A DNA stretch of 64,000 nucleotides from the human T2T-CHM13v2.0 reference genome, Homo sapiens: NCBI RefSeq assembly GCF_009914755.1, contig NC_060926.1; one strand, written 5' to 3'. Under the pieces are notes generated by a model. That model was not told the DNA's origin. It made no database searches and worked only from the letters and a program-made list of their open reading frames with translations. Of the stretch, positions 55,988 through 64,000 are shown one piece after another. A program made the position numbers and the translations under genes. Position 1 is the first letter of the stretch. Each line of letters starts with the position of its first letter.

Positions 55988-56210
55988 TATAGGGTGTAGT
56001 ACTGTTTGTGGTTTTAGGCATCCACTGGGGGACTTGGGACATATGCCCTGAAGTTAAGGAGAATTACTATATGTGTGTTTGTGTATTCATTTTAAGATTT
56101 CACTTGAAATGTATAAATATGCTCTAATTTACATACTTTCCATACACACACACACACAGAGAAAGAGAGAGAGACTGGTGAAGTCGTTTTTAATATATAG
56201 CTTTATCACT

Positions 56211-56638
56211 TGTATTAATCAGGGTTCTCCAGAGAAACAGAGAGAGATTGAGAAAAGCTGGAGTCCCAAGACAGCCAGTCCAAATCCAAAGGCCTGAGAG
56301 CCAGGAGAGCTGACAACATAAGTTCCAGTACAAAAACCAGCATGCGTGAGACCCAAGAAGAATCAACGTTTCAGTACATGTCTTGAGACTGAAAAGTCCA
56401 TAACCCAGATCAAGGCAATCATGCAGGAGGAGTTCCTTCTTAACTCAGCCTTTTGTTCTATTCATGAAGTCAGTTGATTGGATGAGCCCACCTATGCTGA
56501 GAGCAGTGTACTTTACTCAGTCTCTGCATTCATGTGTTAATCTCATGCAGAGCACTGTCAGACACACCCAGAATATATGGTCATGAATAGGGGCACCTTG
56601 TGGCCCCGTCAAGTTGACACATAAAGGGAACCAGAACA
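56211..56638 (-). mobile_element. ERVL solo LTR, MLT2 family
   Basis: TGTATTAATCAGGGTTCTCCAGAGAAACAGA...GTCAAGTTGACACATAAA...ACA. 5-bp TSD TCACT/TCACC. Confidence 0.9.
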
Positions 56639-57664
56639 TCACCTTTGTAATATATAGAGTAAAATAACTCTTCAGAATCTCATTATAAACAGGTTACAGG
56701 GTGCACTACTCTTGAATAAGGAAGGTAGGATTCTGAGGGCAACGTCAGGTAAGCAGCATCCTTGGAGAATGCCACTGATACCATATGGTGGTCCCAGGAA
56801 TACTGAAAAGGTGAGTAGAGGAGAAAGAAGAGGCAAGAATTCCATCCTTCTCCACTTAACATCCCTGCCTCTTAGAAGAGAGCCTGAGCACAGTGCTTCC
56901 TTAGCATATGCTTTCTAAATGAATGAATGTGTCAACCATTAAGTGAATAAATAAATGATGGTAAAATTATATGAGTAAATATATAAAGTAAAAAGTTGTG
57001 ACTATCAAATTGGCCAAGCACCTTTTATGTCTTCACTAGAGTATTCCGTCTTCCTGTGTTTTTTGTTGCGGTTATGGATGAACTTAAATTACCCTAACAA
57101 GATAATTGAATATTTATTCTTTTTAAATATTTCCATTATAAATTCAGGGAGATAATTATATACCTGTATTCGATGCCATATTGCTAATTTTCATATTGAG
57201 GACTTTATTAGGGTCAAACTAGAGTGAGTAAATTATTCACTAGCTGATGTAGATTTCAAGTTAAAACATTAGTTATTATGCATGTTAAAATTATGAATAA
57301 TATTCACAGGTAACCTTACTTCTTTAAAGGGTTATTCTTAGTTTGCTTCTTTCAAGTCTTGGTTTGATAAAATGGTAATGAGGCATTTGACAGGCAAAAT
57401 GAATGTTTGCCACAATGTAATACTTAAAGCAATTACCCAAAATTAGTCACTGTTCCATTTTCTCCTCAAAGGTACATGAAGATTTTCCTAGTTGTCTGGT
57501 TCATGTCACTCTTTGGGTTTGATGAAAGTTGGTTTATTTTAAAATATCTGCATCACTAATTCTATAGCTCATATGTATAGCTCTGTATTGCTAGTAAATT
57601 AGTGTCTTCTTTTCATCTTTTAAAGAAATAAATTAATCTTCTTGTAAAAATATATATTTTAGAT

Positions 57665-57767
57665 GCTATTATATAACATAATTAGTAATTATAATACATA
57701 ATTAGTAATTAGAATAGCATAATTAGTAATTATAATAGCTTAATTACTAATTATGTTATATAATAGC
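57665..57767. repeat. Perfect 27-bp inverted repeat enclosing tandem ~20-bp units
   Basis: GCTATTATATAACATAATTAGTAATTA (57665-57691) is the exact reverse complement of 57741-57767. Confidence 0.95.
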
Positions 57768-60224
57768 TCCTACGAGGCACTCAGCTCTTTTCTGGACTCA
57801 AGGAGTACTATGGAAAAATGAAATTCTAACACCGATGGCATGAGCTGTCAGGCCAGCATCCTATAGCGTCTCAATTTGTCTAGTCATAGATAATGTAAGG
57901 TGAGATTCTGAATGGATCGAAAACAATTGTACTATTACATCTCAATACATTTATAAGTTCCTTAGAGGAAAATGTTCCCGTGAGGAAATACTATATCACA
58001 TTCCCTAGTAGAAGTTTTTCCTTAAAATAGGTTCTTATGCTATTGTATCCAAAGGTACAACTTGTCACATGCTGCTAATCTGAGTTTCTAAGGAGGAAAA
58101 TGTCAATACTTGTGAGTGTGTATGTGCAGGGACAGGAGGCAGGGAGGCTGCATATAATCCTGCTCATCAAGCAGGGTGGGAACCAAGCATCTTAAAACTT
58201 TCATGAGGAAGAATGACTTGCTGCCATGGTATCACTGGGGTAAGGCGAATGGAATTGTGTACAGTAAATTCTGCATTTAGATAGAGTGGGAACATCTTTC
58301 TGACTCTGCAATATCTAAGTGGCATATGTCTGGGTTTTTGCCATTGATCATCTTCCACCTATGTCAGGCTCGCTGGGTGAAAGCTTGGGATTGATAGTGC
58401 TGGAATTTTGGAGACTTAATTGGGAAACTAATGGAAAATCACACGAAGATAAATCCTAATCTTGACATTAAAACAGATGGGCAGTCAGGACTACGAGGTA
58501 GGGAATAGCAAAGGTCCTGGCACACACCAGGGAGTAAAACAGAGACATCAGCTATTTCCAAACAGCAACACAGAAGATGCTAGCAAGTGGCCTAAATGAA
58601 TACTTTTTAAATTACTTAAGGTGCGCTTAGGTGCTTATTTGTGTTCTTTTTATGCAATAACACACAGTTACCTTAAAAACGCAGGAGAGTCTTTTAAATG
58701 TCTAGCGAGAGAATCCGTAATAACAAGAGATTCCATAAATCCCATAGATCCGTTAAAAAAAGAAAGACAATTGTGGTGCGATATGCAAAGATTGCATGAG
58801 AAATACACATTGGAACCTAAACTAGTCAAATGAATTGCAGGTAAATAGGTTTGTGTATTATAAACCTATACTTAAATGTAATAAAATTTACATATGATTC
58901 TGTTCTTTTAAATAAAAATATTTCAACTTAACCAAGAAACCTGGTAAGAAACATGGCCATTGGGTACGTGTGTATAACACATGACTTTTGGAAAACAGAA
59001 AACTGAGGTTTACATGTGGGTCGGTAAGCTTGTTGGTATGTATAGAGTGCACTCTATGCACCAAAGTGGAGGTCATTCTACTCTAATTCAGTTACAGTAT
59101 TACCTTTTTGACTTCATTAAAAGCAGTCTTGGAGATCTATATTCTGTAAAGTATTAAGACCAACTAATGAATCATCTTTAGTTCTGTAAAATCTCATAAA
59201 GGTAAATAAGCAGCAAACTATGAGGATAATTTGAAAGATGCCGTGAAGCAACCCCTGTTCAAACCGTTTTCTGTTTTAGTGCCTGCATTTTTTTTAAGAA
59301 AACATTTATTTATTTATGCCTTGAATAATTTTTAAATTAATAACAGACCAACCATTACCCACTATCAATTTTGAGAGCTTAATACTGAAAACAACAGGAG
59401 CCCAAAAGGAGACGGCACAAGCAAGAGAGTTCAGACTAGATGAAAGAGAGGACTGCTTGACTGCAAAGGGAACTTTCGCTAATGTTTAAATTGGTGTCAG
59501 GTCTGGCTCTTAGGCAGAGCTAGTTAGGTATAAAACTGGGAGTGGTAGAATACGAAACAGGGGAGCATATTACTCTTGTTCTTTTGAATAACCTTGGCTG
59601 ATTTCCTATCTCCAGTCCTGAGAGTGTGGCTCATGGATTTGACATGTAATTATATTATATTTAACTCCTTTGTGGTGCTGCTTTTTGAATTGTCTCGCCA
59701 CATTGATCTCTCTGTCATTTGGTTTTTTACAATTTTCATTTGCAAAGCAAGAAATGGGCAAGTTCAGCTTTGGGACTTTTTTGCCTTTTTAATGAAGCCT
59801 GATCTAAATCTGAATTTCAAATTTTTTTCATCAAACTGATTTTCAAATATATTATTCTTCATTATATTTGATGATGCTTAAAAATGTAATGACCCAATAT
59901 TATGTGAAACCCATTATATTAGAGGTTAGCGATGACATTCAGAATAAGTTTAGTTCAAAAACTCATAAGAAAGCTAGTTTTTAAATAATTTATATTCCCT
60001 CTTTTTCCTTCCTAGATTACTTAAAGAAAACAGATTTTTTGTTGTCTTATTGTTGTTATTCCTGTCCTTACTGCCCAGATCAAGAGCTCGTTATATTTTT
60101 AATAAATCTTTGTAATAGTTTCATATTTGGTTTATAAACAAATGAAGCACTACCTTGTACAATTGTAACAGTAAACTACCACTTTCTATATCATGTCTAT
60201 CATTACTTAGCATAAAGTATTAGA

Positions 60225-60475
60225 AACAAAACAGTGATTTGGGGAATGAAAGACAATATTTTAATTTCCAGATCTACTACTTTCTTGTACTTAGACAAAT
60301 TATTTAACTTGACAAATCATTTTATTTAACAGAGTTTTGTTTTTCAACGTATAAAATGAGAAACAGAATAAGTATCTTCCAGGATTGTAGTGAGGATTAA
60401 ATGAGATTACATATAAAGAGTCTGATAGATGGAAATGCTATTTGCCAACAAATATATCAACTGTTATGCAAATTT
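60225..60475 (+). mobile_element. MIR SINE
   Basis: TATAAAATGAG...GGATTGTAGTGAGGATTAAATGAGATTA core. Confidence 0.78.
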
Positions 60476-60565
60476 ATTAGTGATCATGGAAAAGCATATG
60501 AAATATAAATTAAAAACAAATGTCACAGGGTAGTACAAATAAAAGAACTATACAAATGAAGGAAG

Positions 60566-61211
60566 AATATCAGCCTGGGTCTAATAAGAAGAGAGAAACC
60601 CAAGAAATTTAAATCATAAAATATTAAAATAAAGAATTTTAAACTATAACAGGGAATTGGAGGGATGCAATATGATCTAATAAGAAGTAAAGAGAACTTT
60701 TTTAAAAAAGCTGTCACTACCTGTAGGGCTGGAGAATGCAGCCATGTTAGAACCACCCCCCATGAACAGGCCTTGTTGGGAAGCAGATGGTAGGTCATAG
60801 CCTCTGAACGCAGAGAAGTCACTGTGGTGCCACGCACAGAACTTTCTCGAAATCTACAATTCAGGACTTGATAGGAATCTGCCTTCTAATTTGTAAGTTA
60901 AAATTGTACTTACAAAAGAGACTGTATACTACAAAACTGCCTGGGAGTAGGGAGGTGTCAGGGGAAGCAGAAAGCCACTTGTGTTTCTGTTGACTTCCAT
61001 GAACTTCTGCTGATTAATGAAGAAGCTGTGTCTGCTGCAGAAACCAGGAAACAAAACCCTTTCTTCTTGCAGTGTCTCTCCAGTAACCCCTATTGACAAA
61101 GATTAGCACTGTGCCAGCTGACAAAGAAAAATAGTAAAAGGCCCAGATCTATTTTCACAGAACAGAAAAAAGGATGAATATAAAACTAAAGGCAAGGAAT
61201 CAATAACTGGC
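60566..61211. mobile_element. Ancient ERVL-type LTR (LTR41-like; family uncertain)
   Basis: ATAAAGAATTTTAAACTATAACAGGG near the start and GACAAAG...GTGCCAGCTG...GGCCCAGATCTATTTTCACAGA...ATAACTGGC at the end resemble the recalled consensus. Confidence 0.5.
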
Positions 61212-62167
61212 TGACTGAGTAACATCACATTGAGTAAAATAATAAAATAATTAATGATAACTTAGAGATAAATAACTATAGTCAGTTTCATTTATATAAA
61301 TGTAAACAGCCCAAAGAACAAAACAAATACATACATATATGGTAAAAATGAAAAAGAAAAACAGACACAAAATTTTAGTTTCTGAGAGAAAGGATATATG
61401 TGAAGACATACAACCTCTAAGGGGCTTCCAAGTTATTAATCACAATTTTTTCCTTAAGTTAGCTGGTGGATGAAGAAGCATTCACATATTTATGATTCTT
61501 CATAATTATATAACTATATATGAGTGTGTGTATATATAGGTACATATAAACCTATATGGCTTTAAGCTATATAAATATAGCTGATAGCTTTGAAAATCTC
61601 CATATATTTTGTATACATATTTTTAAACACATTTATACGTGTTATATACATTTAGAATGTAATTATTATTCAATAACATGCTCATCACATTATAGGAACA
61701 TGATAACTGCTTTTTCCTTTCTCTTTTCTATATTTCTCACTGACTCTAAGCCCTTTCCCAGGAACACAGACAAGTAGAACCTGTGTATTATGTGTGCTGG
61801 GCACATTGATGGGCTCATGCCTTCTCTTCATGATCACATCATAATAATCACCTTTATTATAACTGGGACAACAACCTTTGTTAATTTGTGTACTATTAAT
61901 CATTTGGTGGCCTATTATTTGCTAGACATTGTCTCACAAAGTTCATGTTTACAATATATTCAATATGCAAAATTAAAATATGGTAGCAATAGATATTTTC
62001 ATTTTGTAGGGACAGAAATTGAATAACTGAGGTAAAAATGAAACCACTCCACACCAGAGTTAATAAATATCTAGAAGCATTTTCTTTAAAAGAAAAGAAA
62101 AACAGTCTAGTTAATAAAACCTTTGTGCTTTTTTTATCCCTCTTACTATGGTTATGCGATTTTTCAG

Positions 62168-62293
62168 GATCTAGTCAATTTCAAATCATCAACAGGTCTT
62201 TTCTGCGGCTTCCATCCCACTTTTTCGTCTCGTCTCTTGAGTGCCACAGTAGCTATTGCCAATGCCACACAATATAACCCCCGATTCTCTCGT
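62168..62293 (+). other. Candidate spliced exon (126 nt), host transcript unknown
   Basis: Pyrimidine tract and TTTTTCAG acceptor, CGT|GTGAGT donor, frame 0 open throughout, local CpG retention. No protein recognised. Confidence 0.35.
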
Positions 62294-62566
62294 GTGAGTA
62301 ACATTCAGCTCTGCTTCGATATTAGAAACTCAAATAAGAAATATGGCTGCTTTTTATATTTAGTCCCTATCATCCGTACCTCATTTAAACTAGGCAGCTC
62401 TCGTATGTTTTAATAATTATTAGTAAGATATGATGGTATTGATTTCTTGACTGAAGATGTAGGATAAGTCTCTTTTTATCTACTTTGTTTTTGGATAATA
62501 AAAACATAATACTGAGAAGACCAAGATAATGGAAAAAGAAATATCAACAGATAAGAGATTCCAGGA

Positions 62567-62606
62567 GACAGACCGAGACTCCATCTCAGAAAAAAAAAAA
62601 AAAAAA
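62567..62606 (+). mobile_element. Extremely 5'-truncated Alu (21 nt plus tail)
   Basis: GACAGACCGAGACTCCATCTC plus A-tail, with perfect 14-bp TSD AAGAGATTCCAGGA at 62553-62566 and 62607-62620. Confidence 0.92.
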
Positions 62607-63261
62607 AAGAGATTCCAGGAAAAGTTAGGAGACCAGAAACTACATGGGGATAAGGCACCTCTGTAGTGGAAGTTGCCCCACAAGAGAGTGGAAAAGAAAT
62701 GATGATGAGAAGTGAACTGATTTGCCTTGTAAAACCCAAGGGAGTCAGAAGATACATTGGCACGAATCAAGAAGAGGTCATAAGGAAAGCATATATCACA
62801 GTACACATTTAGGTGAATATAGTTTGAAAGTGGATATATGAGAAATTTTGACTCTCTTTTTTTCCTTCTCATTGAGAAAAACACTCAAATGCAAGCACCT
62901 ACCTTCAAGGCAGAACAACAAATAGTTCTTTCCTAGAAAAAGTGATCTGTGGTGCTGTGGATCCAGGACACCAGGTATAGTGAAGGGCAGAAGTGAGATG
63001 TGGGAATTAAAGATGAAAGTGAATTGCAGTTGGCAAATAGATAAAATGAACACAAAACAGAGTTCATAACCTGGTTTTCACATTGTCTCAGCTGTTGTCT
63101 TCTTTTTTCCTTGAAGAAAAGTTTCAGTCAGTGCTTCTCTGGAAACTCTAACACTGTGAGAGGAAAGACCTTTACATACCAGCAGTTTTTCTAGTGAAAA
63201 GAACAGCAATCAGACAAAAGAAACAAGTGAGAGTCGACCTAATTGCCCATGAAGGGATAAG

Positions 63262-63972
63262 TAGTGTATATACACAATGGAGTAATAGCCTTAAAAAAAA
63301 AAAAAAGAAGGAAATTATGTCATTTGGGACAACATGGTTGAACCAGAAATACATTACACTTAAGAAAATAAGCCAGGGTGGGTAGAACCTAAAAAAATTG
63401 AAATAATGGAATCAGAAGGTAGAATAGTAGTTACCAGAGGCTTGGGGTCGAGAAAGGAGATTGGAGAGATATTGGTCAGCGGATACAAAATTTCAGTTAG
63501 ATAGGAGAAATAAATTAAAGAGCTCTGTTGTACATCATGGCAACTATAGTTAATAGCAATCTATTGTATTTTGAAAACCTCTAAGAGAGAAGATTTTAAA
63601 TATTCTCACCACAAAAAAATGGTAAATATGTGAGATAATGCAAATTTTTTTTTCATTTTTGTTGTGTTTATTTTATATATATATTTTTTATTATACTCTA
63701 AGTTCTAGGGTACATGTGCACAACGTGCGGGTTTGTTACATATGTATACATGTGCCATGTTGGTGTGCTACACCCATTAACTCGTCATTTACATTAGGTA
63801 TATCTCCTAATGCTATCCCTCCCCCTCCCCCTACCCCAATAATGCAAATGCTAATTAGCTCAAGTTAGCCATCTCACAATGTATGCATACTTCAAAACAT
63901 TATGTTGTACACCATAAAACATATAATTTTTATTTTTCAATTAACTCTTTTCAGAATAAAAATAAAAAATAA
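63262..63972 (+). mobile_element. L1MA-type 3' end, interrupted by a young L1PA
   Basis: GGATACAAAATTTCAGTTAGATAGGAG...ATTCTCACCACAAAAAAATGGTAAATATGTGAG, resuming GCTAATTAGCTC...CACAATGTAT. Confidence 0.9.
63646..63838 (-). mobile_element. Young L1PA (about PA3-PA5) 3' terminal fragment
   Basis: TTATACTCTAAGTTCTAGGGTACATGTGCACAACGTGC...CTAATGCTATCCCTCCCC. TSD ATAATGCAAAT at 63635-63645 and 63839-63849. Confidence 0.94.
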
Positions 63973-64000
63973 ACAGAAATGACATACAGAAATGAAAACT

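Larger units (their letters stand above)
54519..56069 (+). mobile_element. MER44 split by nested MER47 and L1PA
   Basis: Start TA|CAGTAGTCCTCCCTTAT. The 3' end GGCATCCACTGGGGGACTTGG...GAATTACTA|TA resumes at ~55990. Confidence 0.85.

Noticed and set aside
61078-61098. CTCF site within the LTR41-like element
   Set aside because: CCAGTAACCCCTATTGAC has several mismatches to the CTCF core, and the family assignment is itself uncertain.

Overview
AT-rich, gene-poor primate genomic DNA, human- or ape-like (it contains AluY/AluS, L1PA and MER elements). Roughly half of it is recognisable transposon relics: LINE-1 of several ages, Alu/FRAM, MIR, L2, MaLR/ERVL LTRs, and Tigger/Charlie DNA transposons. 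I found no intact protein-coding gene, RNA gene or CRISPR array. The ORF track is explained by decayed L1 ORF1/ORF2, Alu read-through, simple repeats and chance. Repeat family names come from recalled consensus sequences, so subfamily calls and old-element boundaries are approximate. I could not support a new biological system. The most notable structures are a ~1.55 kb hairpin-forming AT-rich 29-33 bp minisatellite (40457-42011), an old L1 with twin-priming 5' inversion geometry (8781-13293), a near-full-length L1PA missing its RT core and 3' end, a perfect 27-bp inverted repeat built from tandem units (57665-57767), a 21-bp Alu insertion with a perfect 14-bp TSD, a triple-nested transposon, and several unvalidated splice-bounded candidate exons (best: 62168-62293).
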